From assembly GCA_050613775.1 (NCBI GenBank), contig JBODTK010000016.1:930001-994000 (forward strand): 64,000 bases of DNA, given 5' to 3'. Position 1 is the stretch's first letter. The number at the start of each line of letters is the position of its first letter. A program made the translations under genes and the position numbers. This stretch comes from Neocallimastix sp. 'constans' (taxonomy: Eukaryota). The notes beneath the pieces are model-generated. The model did not search any database, had not been told where the DNA came from, and worked only from the letters and a program-made list of their open reading frames with translations. Positions 11,633 through 24,724 of this stretch are shown piece after piece.

Positions 11633-13760
11633 GAATGAAGCAAGAATTATATCTATTCCTAAAAAAGGAGATGATCTATCTGATTGTGACAATTATCGAG
11701 GTATCTCTCTGATTAACAATGGTATAAAACTCATTTCGAAAATAGTCTCCAAAAGAATTTCGGAATATGGACTTAAAAATAATTTTATTAGGCCAGAGCA
11801 ATTTGGATTTCGTACTAAAGAAGAATGTGTTAGTTTATTTATTTCAATTCGAGAAATTTGTCAAAGGCGTAAAAATGATAATAAAAAAATTTAACCTTGC
11901 TTTTCTAGATTTAAAAAAGGCATAAGATTCTGTTCCAATAGGTAATATATATTTTATATAAATTAGATGCTTTAGATATTAGAGGTAAATGTTATCAATT
12001 TATAAAAAAATCTATATTTGACTTCCAAAGCCAGTGTTAAAATTGATAATCAATATTCGGAATCTTTTAATATTATGAAAAGAGTTAGACAAGGTTTTCC
12101 ACTATCACCAATCCTTTTCCATCTATTTATTAATGACATTTTTAATGATGTTTCAGAACTTGGAATTCCTTTAGGCGAATCTAGATGTTGCGGTGGACTC
12201 TTTGCAGATGATATTGTTCTGTGCGCACCGTCAAGAACTAAGTTAAAAAAAAAATGCTTAAGAAGGTAAATGAATGGGCTAAATTTAATATGATGAATTT
12301 TGGAATTAATAAATGTGCAACGATGGTGATTCGACCAGAAACACTTCTTTTTCAAAATAAAAGAGATCCTACTTTTTATCTTGCTGGTCAACCAATCCCA
12401 ATAACTAAATGTTATACCTATTTAGGTATATCATTTGATAAAAGCTTATTGTTGAACCCTATTATTAAATTACTTAACTCTAAAGTTACTAAAGCTCTCT
12501 TTTCTGTTAGAAAATTTCTTTCAAATTCCAAAATTCCTATTCCATTTAAGAAGATTATAATTAACTCCTATGTAACTTAGTAAAGTCTCTTACTTTGCAC
12601 CACCTTTACTTGGTTCAAATAAAACGAGAACAAGTAATACTCTGAAATTAATTAATAACGGATTAAGATGGATTACAGGTTTTACAAAAAGCCAAATCTT
12701 TTATTAATGTATATTCTATTTCAAAAGATTTAAATATTCCTCCATTATCAAGCTAAGTGTGCTTTGTCTCAAGTCAAATGCTTTGATAAATGGAGAAATT
12801 CAAATTATATTATTTCCTATTTAGTTAATAATATTCCAAAATCTAGAAAATATACATGGACGAAAGAAAGTAGAACTCTTAAACGTAAACTAGAGAAAAG
12901 AGGTAATAACGATAATAAAATCAAGGATTTTTATTGGAAAAGAGATATGAAAATCAATTCTATTAAAGCTGAATTTTATGACAAAAACAGATTGGAAGAA
13001 ACATCAAATTTTATAAAACTTTGTTATGAATATCTTGATCTTTCATATGGTTTCTATTAGCTATTGAGAGCACGAAGCGTATATAGATTAAATGCTAGAA
13101 TTACTAAAGCTTGCAAAAATAATAGATCAAATGTGTCCTAATTATTGTCCCTGTTGTAAAAGTAATAAACAATGGATAAGGCAATGGTTAATCGATTGTC
13201 CATTTTTCAATCATATTCGTAGTAAAGTTAATTATAAAATTTTATTTTTATATAATACTTTTAACTGTGGCAACCTAACAAATGATATTGCTATTAGTAA
13301 TAATGATAATAGCAACAGTAATAATAGTAATAGTAATAGTAATAGTATTAATAGTAATAGTAATTATAATTATAGTAATATTAGTAATAATATTATTAGT
13401 AATGATAGTAATAGTATTGAAAATAATGTGTATGTTGATTCTAGTGTGTGTGAAAAAGTATTTAATTTCCTTCTTGGAGGCAGAAGAATTAATATCAGTA
13501 CAAGGGAATGGAAGGATCTCTTTAAGTGCCGATGAAATCAGGTGCTTATTCTGATACTCCATTCTTGGTGATTACTGCGGCTCTTCTTCAATCGATTATA
13601 CCTATTGCTACTTGACAAGCAATGGTTTTTGTTCAATAGGTTCAAATCGAATCGTACTACTACTACCAAGAGCGTCAATGCTGAAGAAACAGTAAGACAG
13701 GCCAGCAGGGCTAGCGCAACCAATGAAGATCATAATTTTGTATCTTAAAATTATGATTAA
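11631..13760 (+). mobile_element. Decayed LINE ORF2 fragment (RT, thumb, CCHC-like C-terminus)
   Basis: Frameshifted RT motifs IPKKGD..NYRGISL, QFGFR, FLDLKKA.DSV, RQG.PLSP.LF, LFADDIVL, YTYLGI, then CPCC..QWLIDC. The probable 3' UTR and poly(A) resume at about 19000-19143, after the satellite. Confidence 0.9.
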
Positions 13761-13859
13761 CATTGCGAAGTCAAAATTAATTATTATTATACTCCAGTAT
13801 AATAATGCCCTTGTGAAGTCTTACAGATATTAATTAAATGAAACTAGAATATTTTATAC

Positions 13860-16800
13860 CATTATTTTTATATATTTTATTTTATTTTATTTTATTAAAT
13901 CTGTACTTTATATTTATATTTCTATTATTTATTTTATTTTATTTTATTTTATTTTATTTTATTTTATTTTATTTTATTTTATTTTATTTTATTTTATTTT
14001 ATTTTATTTTATTTTATTTTATTTTATTTTATTCAATCTGTACTTATATTTATATTCTACTATTTATTTTATTTTATTTTATTTTATATTCTTGTATTTT
14101 TATATTATTACATTCAATATTTATTTTATTTTATTTTATTTTATTTTATTTTATTTTATTTTATTTTATTTTATTTTATTTTATTTTATTTTATTTTATT
14201 TTATTCAATCTGTACTTTATATTCATATTCTACTATTTATTTTATTTTATTTTATTTTATTCAATCTGTACTTTATATTCATATTCTACTATTTATTTTA
14301 TTTTATTTTATTTTATTCAATCTGTACTTTATATTCATATTCTACTATTTATTTTATTTTATTTTATTTTATTCAATCTGTACTTTATATTCATATTCTA
14401 CTATTTATTTTATTTTATTTTATTTTATTCAATCTGTACTTTATATTCATATTCTACTATTTATTTTATTTTATTTTATTTTATTTTATTTTATTTTATT
14501 TTATTTTATTTTATTTTATTTTATTTTATTTTATTTTATTTTATTTTATTTTATTTTATTTTATTTTATTTTATTTTATTTTATTTTATTTTATTTTATT
14601 TTATTCAATCTGTACTTTATATTCATATTCTACTATTTATTTTATTTTATTTTATTTTATTCAATCTGTACTTTATATTCATATTCTACTATTTATTTTA
14701 TTTTATTTTATTTTATTCAATCTGTACTTTATATTCATATTCTACTATTTATTTTATTTTATTTTATTTTATTCAATCTGTACTTTATATTCATATCCTA
14801 CTATTTATTTTATTTTATTTTATTTTATTCAATCTGTACTTTATATTCATATCCTACTATTTATTTTATTTTATTTTATTTTATTCAATCTGTACTTTAT
14901 ATTCATATTCTACTATTTATTTTATTTTATTTTATTTTATTCAATCTGTACTTTATATTCATATCCTACTATTTATTTTATTTTATTTTATTTTATTCAA
15001 TCTGTACTTTATATTCATATTCTACTATTTATTTTATTTTATTTTATTTTATTCAATCTGTACTTTATATTCATATTCTACTATTTATTTTATTTTATTT
15101 TATTTTATTCAATCTGTACTTTATATTCATATTCTACTATTTATTTTATTTTATTTTATTTTATTCAATCTGTACTTTATATTCATATTCTACTATTTAT
15201 TTTATTTTATTTTATTTTATTTTATTTTATTTTATTTTATTTTATTTTATTTTATTTTATTTTATTTTATTTTATTTTATTTTATTTTATTTTATTTTAT
15301 TTTATTTTATTTTATTTTATTTTATTTTATTTTATTTTATTCAATCTGTACTTTATATTCATATTCTACTATTTATTTTATTTTATTTTATTTTATTCAA
15401 TCTGTACTTTATATTCATATTCTACTATTTATTTTATTTTATTTTATTTTATTTTATTTTATTTTATTTTATTCAATCTGTACTTTATATTCATATTCTA
15501 CTATTTATTTTATTTTATTTTATTTTATTCAATCTGTACTTTATATTCATATTCTACTATTTATTTTATTTTATTTTATTTTATTTTATTTTATTTTATT
15601 TTATTTTATTTTATTTTATTTTATTTTATTTTATTTTATTTTATTTTATTTTATTTTATTTTATTTTATTTTATTTTATTTTATTCAATCTGTACTTTAT
15701 ATTCATATTCTACTATTTATTTTATTTTATTTTATTTTATTCAATCTGTACTTTATATTCATATCCTACTATTTATTTTATTTTATTTTATTTTATTCAA
15801 TCTGTACTTTATATTCATATTCTACTATTTATTTTATTTTATTTTATTTTATTCAATCTGTACTTTATATTCATATCCTACTATTTATTTTATTTTATTT
15901 TATTTTATTCAATCTGTACTTTATATTCATATTCTACTATTTATTTTATTTTATTTTATTTTATTCAATCTGTACTTTATATTCATATTCTACTATTTAT
16001 TTTATTTTATTTTATTTTATTCAATCTGTACTTTATATTCATATTCTACTATTTATTTTATTTTATTTTATTTTATTCAATCTGTACTTTATATTCATAT
16101 TCTACTATTTATTTTATTTTATTTTATTTTATTCAATCTGTACTTTATATTCATATTCTACTATTTATTTTATTTTATTTTATTTTATTTTATTTTATTT
16201 TATTTTATTTTATTTTATTTTATTTTATTTTATTTTATTTTATTTTATTTTATTTTATTTTATTTTATTTTATTTTATTTTATTTTATTTTATTTTATTT
16301 TATTTTATTTTATTTTATTTTATTTTATTTTATTTTATTCAATCTGTACTTTATATTCATATTCTACTATTTATTTTATTTTATTCAATCTGTACTTTAT
16401 ATTCATATTCTACTATTTATTTTATTTTATTTTATTTTATTCAATCTGTACTTTATATTCATATTCTACTATTTATTTTATTTTATTTTATTTTATTTTA
16501 TTTTATTTTATTTTATTCAATCTGTACTTTATATTCATATTCTACTATTTATTTTATTTTATTTTATTTTATATTCTTGTATTTTTATATTATTACATTC
16601 AATATTTATTTTATTTTATTTTATTTTATTTTATTTTATTTTATTTTATTTTATTTTATTTTATTTTATTTTATTTTATTTTATTCAATCTGTACTTTAT
16701 ATTCATATTCTACTATTTATTTTATTTTATTTTATTTTATTCAATCTGTACTTTATATTCATATTCTACTATTTATTTTATTTTATTTTATTTTATTCAA

Positions 16801-18995
16801 TCTGTACTTTATATTCATATTCTACTATTTATTTTATTTTATTTTATTTTATTCAATCTGTACTTTATATTCATATTCTACTATTTATTTTATTTTATTT
16901 TATTTTATTCAATCTGTACTTTATATTCATATTCTACTATTTATTTTATTTTATTTTATTTTATTTTATTTTATTTTATTTTATTTTATTTTATTTTATT
17001 TTATTTTATTTTATTTTATTTTATTTTATTTTATTTTATTTTATTTTATTTTATTTTATTTTATTTTATTTTATTTTATTTTATTTTATTTTATTTTATT
17101 TTATTTTATTTTATTTTATTTTATTCAATCTGTACTTTCTTATTTAATATTCTACTTTTTATTTTATTTTATTATATTTTATTTTATTTTATTTTATTTT
17201 ATTTTATTTTATTTTATTTTATTTTATTTTATTTTATTTTATTTTATTTTATTTTATTTTATTTTATTTTATTTTATTTTATTTTATTTTATTTTATTTT
17301 ATTTTATTTTATTTTATTTTATTTTATTTTATTCAATCTGTACTTTATATTCATATTCTACTATTTATTTTATTTTATTTTATTTTATTCAATCTGTACT
17401 TTATATTCATATTCTACTATTTATTTTATTTTATTTTATTTTATTTTATTTTATTTTATTTTATTCAATCTGTACTTTATATTCATATTCTACTATTTAT
17501 TTTATTTTATTTTATTTTATTCAATCTGTACTTTATATTCATATCCTACTATTTATTTTATTTTATTTTATTTTATTCAATCTGTACTTTATATTCATAT
17601 TCTACTATTTATTTTATTTTATTTTATTTTATTCAATCTGTACTTTATATTCATATTCTACTATTTATTTTATTTTATTTTATTTTATTTTATTTTATTT
17701 TATTTTATTTTATTTTATTTTATTTTATTTTATTTTATTTTATTTTATTTTATTTTATTCAATCTGTACTTTATATTTAATATTCTACTATTTATTTTAT
17801 TTTATTTTATTTTATTTTATTTTATTTTATTTTATTTTATTTTATTTTATTTTATTTTATTTTATTTTATTTTATTTTATTTTATTTTATTTTATTTTAT
17901 TTTATTTTATTTTATTTTATTTTATTTTATTTTATTTTATTTTATTTTATTTTATTTTATTTTATTTTATTTTATTTTATTTTATTTTATTTTATTTTAT
18001 TCAATCTGTACTTTATATTTAATATTCTACTATTTATTTTATTTTATTTTATTTTATTTTATTTTATTTTATTCAATCTGTACTTTATATTTAATATTCT
18101 ACTATTTATTTTATTTTATTTTATTTTATTTTATTTTATTTTATTTTATTTTATTTTATTTTATTTTATTTTATTTTATTTTATTTTATTTTATTTTATT
18201 TTATTTTATTTTATTTTATTTTATTTTATTTTATTCAATCTGTACTTTATATTTAATATTCTACTATTTATTTTATTTTATTTTATTTTATTTTATTTTA
18301 TTTTATTTTATTTTATTTTATTTTATTTTATTTTATTTTATTCAATCTGTACTTTATATTCATATTCTACTATTTATTTTATTTTATTTTATTTTATTCA
18401 ATCTGTACTTTATATTCATATTCTACTATTTATTTTATTTTATTTTATTTTATTCAATCTGTACTTTATATTCATATTCTACTATTTATTTTATTTTATT
18501 TTATTTTATTCAATCTGTACTTTATATTCATATTCTACTATTTATTTTATTTTATTTTATTTTATTTTATTTTATTTTATTTTATTCAATCTGTACTTTA
18601 TATTCATATTCTACTATTTATTTTATTTTATTTTATTTTATTCAATCTGTACTTTATATTCATATTCTACTATTTATTTTATTTTATTTTATTTTATTCA
18701 ATCTGTACTTTATATTCATATTCTACTATTTATTTTATTTTATTTTATTTTATTCAATCTGTACTTTATATTCATATTCTACTATTTATTTTATTTTATT
18801 TTATTTTATTTTATTTTATTTTATTTTATTTTATTTTATTTTATTTTATTTTATTTTATTTTATTTTATTTTATTTTATTCAATCTGTACTTTATATTTA
18901 ATATTCTACTATTTATTTTATTTTATTTTATTTTATTTTATTTTATTTTATTTTATTTTATTTTATTTTATTTTATTTTATTTTATTTTATTTTA
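13860..18995 (+). repeat. Minisatellite array: 30-bp core CAATCTGTACTTTATATTCATATTCTACTA spaced by (TTTTA)n; modal unit 56 bp
   Basis: Cores at 14206, 14262, 14318 and onward, interrupted by long pure (TTTTA)n tracts. Confidence 0.95.
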
Positions 18996-19109
18996 TATTA
19001 TTTTGTGTTTTTTTTTTTGTTTTTGTTTATTTTTTTTATTTTTTTTATCTTTTTATTACATGTATTTTTTCAAATATTTAATTAATAAAGATGAAACAAG
19101 TTTGCTGTC

Positions 19110-19147
<38 letters not shown>

Positions 19148-19475
19148 GGAACGTAAACCGCAAACATAAAGTTAAGCACCTTAAAAAAGAAATTTAGAAA
19201 TTTTTATCTAGGAAAAATTAACTTTGATATAAAATTACCAGAAAATTAAATCAGAAAAAAAAAAAATAAAAATAAAAATAAATAAATATATAAATAAATA
19301 TATATATATAATATAATGAAATAAATAAATTGCAACAATACTTCCTCGAACCAGAGTTATAAATCATATAAAACCCAAACTTCCTGACTCTTATCAATTA
19401 TTAATTAATAATTTTTTTATTTATTATTTTATTATTTATTTTTTATTTATTTTTCCATTGTTCATGCTACTTTAC

Positions 19476-19518
<43 letters not shown>

Positions 19519-19539
19519 GTATAAAATAATACATATTTT

Positions 19540-20990
19540 TATAAAAATAAAATAAAATAAAATAAAATAAAATAAATAGTAGAATATAAATATAAAGTAC
19601 AGATTGAATAAAATAAAATAAATGGTAGAATATAAATATGAAGTACAGATTGAATAAAATAAAATAAATGGTAGAATATAAATATGAAGTACAGATTGAA
19701 TAAAATAAAAATAAATAGTAGAATATAAATATGAAGTACAGATTGAATAAAATAAAATAAATGGTAGAATATAAATATGAAGTACAGATTGAATAAAATA
19801 AAATAAATGGTAGAATATAAATATGAAGTACAGATTGAATAAAATAAAATAAATGGTAGAATATAAATATGAAGTACAGATTGAATAAAATAAAATAAAT
19901 GGTAGAATATAAATATGAAGTACAGATTGAATAAAATAAAAATAAATAGTAGAATATAAATATGAAGTACAGATTGAATAAAATAAAATAAATGGTAGAA
20001 TATAAATATGAAGTACAGATTGAATAAAATAAAATAAATGGTAGAATATAAATATGAAGTACAGATTGAATAAAATAAAATAAATGGTAGAATATAAATA
20101 TGAAGTACAGATTGAATAAAATAAAATAAATGGTAGAATATAAATATGAAGTACAGATTGAATAAAATAAAAATAAATAGTAGAATATAAATATGAAGTA
20201 CAGATTGAATAAAATAAATTAAATGGTAGAATATAAATATGAAGTACAGATTGAATAAAATAAAATAAAAGGTAGAATATAAATATGAAGTACAGATTGA
20301 ATAAAATAAATTAAATGGTAGAATATAAATATGAAGTACAGATTGAATAAAATAAAATAAAAGGTAGAATATGAGTACAGATTGAATAAAATAAAATAAA
20401 TGGTAGAATATAAATATGAAGTACAGATTGAATAAAATAAAATAAATGGTAGAATATAAATATGAAGTACAGATTGAATAAAATAAAATAAATAGTAGAA
20501 TATAAATATGAAGTACAGATTGAATAAAATAAAATAAATAGTAGAATATAAATATGAAGTACAGATTGAATAAAATAAAATAAATAGTAGAATATAAATA
20601 TGAAGTACAGATTGAATAAAATAAAATAAATAGTAGAATATAAATATGAAGTACAGATTGAATAAAATAAAATAAATAGTAGAATATAAATATGAAGTAC
20701 AGATTGAATAAAATAAAAATAAATAGTAGAATATAAATATGAAGTACAGATTGAATAAAATAAAATAAATAGTAGAATATAAATATGAAGTACAGATTGA
20801 ATAAAATAAAAATAAATAGTAGAATATAAATATGAAGTACAGATTGAATAAAATAAAATAAATAGTAGAATATAAATATGGAGTACAAATTGAATAAAAT
20901 AAAATAAAATAAAATAAAATAAAATAAAATAAAATAAAATAAAATAAAAATAAAATAAAATAAAATAAAATAAAATAAAATATAAATATA
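19540..20990 (-). repeat. Inverted sister array of the same minisatellite; unit 46-47 bp
   Basis: The reverse complement reads CAATCTGTACTTCATATTTATATTCTAC(C/T)A plus about (TTTTA)3, roughly 28-29 units. Confidence 0.95.
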
Positions 20991-21322
20991 AATATAAATA
21001 TATTTTGAAAATAAATATATTTATATATATAAAAAAAAAAGTGATAAAGCAAAACACTTTTTATAATAAATTACTAATGTTCTTTTATTAATATTATGAA
21101 AATATTAATATTATGAAAAGCATAACTTTTACAATTAAAAAATATATACACATATATATATATTTATATTTTAAATTTTTATATTATTATTTTTATTTTT
21201 TTTTATTTTATTTTTAAATTTATTTTTTTTATTATTTTAAATTTTCATATTATAATTATTATCTAAATTGTTATTTATATATTTAAGTTTTATATTTCTA
21301 TCATTACAATTTTTTTACTTTT

Positions 21323-21366
<44 letters not shown>

Positions 21367-21552
21367 TACATTCAGTTGAATAGCCACTTTCTTAATATTA
21401 ATCATTACTATCTAATCCACTAAAATAATAACTAATTGAAAAAACTAACAATTTTTTTTAAACATAAAATTTAAAATATTTTAAAGATTTATATTTATAG
21501 AAATTTTTAAATTTATCTTAAATAAATGTTCTTAATTAAACATTGAATTTTT

Positions 21553-21960
21553 TCAGTTGTATTCTCTCAGTGGATCAACTAATATCTGATTTTCATATTC
21601 ATAAAGTGAATCTTCAATATCATGTAAATTGTCAAAGTAGTTATCTTCTTGTACATTCTCTCTTCCAAATTCAGTTGGAGGCATATAATCAATTAGTAGA
21701 TCAACATTTTGTTCACTTTCTCCAACAATGTTACCTTCTGGAATATTTCCACTTTCCAATTGTCTTTGACTATATTGACTATTATTACTTAACTCTTGAG
21801 AATTATCTTGTTGATAATTATTATTTCTTTGATTATTACCTTCAAGACGATCCTTTTGCTCTTGTTCATTACCTGTATTTACATTAACATCATTTTCATC
21901 ATCAATATAAACATCAATATTAATTGTAATATTAATTTCAACAGAATTGCTATTTCTCAT
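21553..21960 (-). CDS. Small acidic Asn/Gln/Glu-rich hypothetical protein (135 aa)
   Basis: ATG in an A-rich context (AAAAAATG), open for 408 nt, with coding-like composition against ~90% AT flanks. No recognisable domain. Confidence 0.45.
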   Translation of the reverse strand: MRNSNSVEINITINIDVYIDDENDVNVNTGNEQEQKDRLEGNNQRNNNYQQDNSQELSNNSQYSQRQLESGNIPEGNIVGESEQNVDLLIDYMPPTEFGRENVQEDNYFDNLHDIEDSLYEYENQILVDPLREYN

Positions 21961-22137
21961 TTTTTTAAAAATAAATTAATTTCTTTTTTTTGAAAATAAC
22001 TTTTAAAATTGAAAATAAAAAAAAAATATTTATAGTATTTGATTTTACAATGATTTAATTCTTTCAAATAATCTTTCATTATTTAATAAATGGTAAATTA
22101 AAAATTATAAATTATAGTCAATTTTTAATGTTTCACT

Positions 22138-22185
<48 letters not shown>

Positions 22186-22579
22186 TAAAATATATAAAAT
22201 TTTATTATATCATAAATTACATAAATTACATTGTTATATTAATTAAAAAAGGTCAAATTTTAATATATTAAATATTAATAGAAGAAGAGAAAATTATAAT
22301 TAATATGATATTAATCTTATCTATGATTATATATATAGATTTTTTTTTTTTTTTATTTTATTTTAATAAAAATTAAATCTTTTATTCTTTTGATTGACCT
22401 TAAAATTATATGTTATTATTTATATAAACCTCAGATAAAAAAATTTTAAACCAATATAATAAATATTTATTAATAAAAGGAGTAAATTAAAATTAATAGA
22501 ATTCAATAAATAAAAATAAAAATAAAAATAATAATAAAAATAAAAATAATTATTTTTATATTAATTTTAAAGTTACAGT

Positions 22580-23355
22580 TCAGAAAGTTTCATTTCCGCA
22601 AAATTTTAATAAATAGATAAATAAATAATAAATTTGGTATAATATTTTAGAAAATAAATTTTTTATTGCTAAAATAAATAATTAAATTAATATTTTTTAT
22701 TATATTATATATTTTTATTTATTGGATAAATAATTTTAAAAAAATTTTTTTTTCATATTATCGAATCAATAAATATTGAATATTAATTTTTATAATAATA
22801 AAATTTAATAATAATAATATTATATATACATATAATAAATAAATAATAATAATAAATAGTAATTATTTAATTGGAAAATAAAATTTTTAAATATTTAAAT
22901 ATTTAAATATTAAATATTAAAAAAAATGAAATAATTTTAAAAAGGATTTTAATATAATAGTATATTAAAATAAATTTTTTTTTTTTACTAAAATATTTAT
23001 AAATATTTTTTTTTAAAAATTTATAAATTTATATAATACTGCGGAAGAATTTTTAAAATTTCAAAAGGTGTAAAAAATGTCAATTAATTATTTAAATATT
23101 ATTTTTTAATTTTAATAATTATATCTTTAATTATTATCCTTTATATATTTTTTGAATTAATAAATATTTATTTTATATATATTATCTTTTTTTAAAAAAA
23201 ATTAATTTTAAATTTATTAATTATGGTTCTATTTATTTATTTATTCATTTATTTAATATATATATTATTTATTTATTTTATTATTAATTTATTTATTGAT
23301 TAACTTTTAAAAAAATTTGCGAAATGCAACTTTTTGAAAATAAATTTTTCGAAAT
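22580..23355. mobile_element. Decayed copy of the non-autonomous TIR element seen intact at 46207-47048
   Basis: Shares AAAGTTTCATTTC(C)GCAAAATTTTAATAAATAGATAAATAAAT, internal TACTGCG..AAAAGGTGTAAAA, and TTTGCGAAATG(C)AACTTT. The outer G/C termini are missing. Confidence 0.7.
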
Positions 23356-23395
23356 AATAAAAATAAACATGAAAAAAATAAATTTATGTTTAAAA

Positions 23396-23853
23396 AAAAA
23401 CAAAAAAAAAACATAGACTTGCACATATGGGTACCCATCTCCCATATGGCCATACAGTTATTAATTAACTGTAAGGTGATGAGTTATTGGCATACTGTAT
23501 CAGCTTCGCCGCTCTCAATCGTCGTTACACACTGCCCGGAGATGCATTCCTAACGTTCCTACATATATCTCTAATGACCACGAGCATCAGAACGGAACCA
23601 TTAACTCCTCCCTAGTGGGTGTAATCATTGGCGATTGGAAATTTTACAATCATCAAGGTCTATGCTTCAATTCAAAGCGTAGTATCATGGTTGGGTGAAA
23701 TAATCATCTGAGGGAAAGCCTTATAGACATCACGTGTGGTCTCATGATATCCCAGGATAGAAACCTCATCCGATTATTTGGTGCCATGCCGAGGATTCGA
23801 ACCCCGCCCTCTACAGTAACCTGTATCGTCCTAACCGACTGGACCAACATGGC
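23396..23853 (-). mobile_element. tRNA-derived SINE (~460 bp) with T-rich tail and target-site duplication
   Basis: tRNA-like head at 23853-23779, GC-richer ~370-bp body, oligo(T)-G-oligo(T) tail on the minus strand. TAAATTTATGTTTA is duplicated at 23379-23392 and 23854-23867 (17 bp once the Gypsy insertion is removed). Confidence 0.8.
23779..23853 (-). tRNA. tRNA-like cloverleaf (SINE head or pseudo-tRNA) with encoded CCA and aberrant anticodon loop; isotype not assignable
   Basis: GCCATGT TG GTCC AGTCGGTTA GGAC GA TACAG GTTA CTGTA GAGGG CGGGG TTCGAAT CCTCG GCATGGC A CCA. Acceptor, D and T stems pair, and A and B boxes are intact, but the anticodon loop is only 4-6 nt. Confidence 0.65.
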
Positions 23854-23867
23854 TAAATTTATGTTTA

Positions 23868-24170
23868 TGTTAAGGTTTTAGAGAATTAAATAAAAATAAA
23901 GTAAGGAAACACAAATTTTATTTATTTATTTATTATTTTTATTTATAAATTTATTTGATTTTATTTGATGATATTTAAAAATTAGTAGCAAAATTTACAA
24001 CTATTTATACTTTTTTTTCAAGGCATAAAAGTTGTTCTTGCCACTAAGTTACATTTTATTATTATTTTTCTTTTTATATATGAAACTATTAAATTTAAAT
24101 TGATTTTTATAATCAATTATATAAAATTTAATTATAACAATATAAATAAAATACATTTATAATATTAATA

Positions 24171-24217
<47 letters not shown>

Positions 24218-24706
24218 CTATCTAAAATATTACTAATAAGAATTTATTTAATTGGCTAAAATTTTTATTACAATCTGTTAAAATATTCAAATAAAAATAA
24301 AAATACTATTCTAATATAAAGGTTTTTAATAAAATAAAATATTTTTCAATATAAAATAAAACATTTCGATATAAAATTTTATAATAAAAGTTAAAATATA
24401 ATATATAAATTTTTAATTATCAATATATATAAAAATATTATTAATACAAATTTTCATTATTAATATAAAAATAAAAAAATAAGATTTATTATTAATATTG
24501 TTAATATAAGTTTTAAATATATAAAAATATTACTATTAATATAAGATTTAATATAAAAATTATAAAGTTTAATATAATTTTTGATCTAATTTTTAATCTT
24601 TGAATTTAAAAATTTATTAAAGTACAAAAATAATAATGTACACATAATGTATTAGAAATAAATCGTAGATTTAATTAAGAATGCATTATTTAGTACATTC
24701 TTATCA
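23868..24706 (-). repeat. 3' LTR of the Gypsy element
   Basis: Direct repeat of 31024-31862. Confidence 0.95.
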
Positions 24707-24724
24707 AGATGCCCCGACGAAGAC

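Noticed and set aside
13838..19146. 1394-aa and 1684-aa FILFY-rich ORFs (also 19539-21057 and 44607-45209)
   Set aside because: Artefacts of (TTTTA)n repeats, which lack stop codons on that strand; several frames are open with the same periodic peptide.
13860..20990. CRISPR-like appearance (a ~30-bp constant unit at regular spacing)
   Set aside because: The spacers are only (TTTTA)n rather than unique sequence, there are no cas genes, and the context is eukaryotic.
23779..23853. Functional tRNA gene (for example a GTT or TTA anticodon)
   Set aside because: No canonical 7-nt anticodon loop can be drawn, CCA is encoded, no T-run terminator follows directly, and it lies within a TSD-flanked element.
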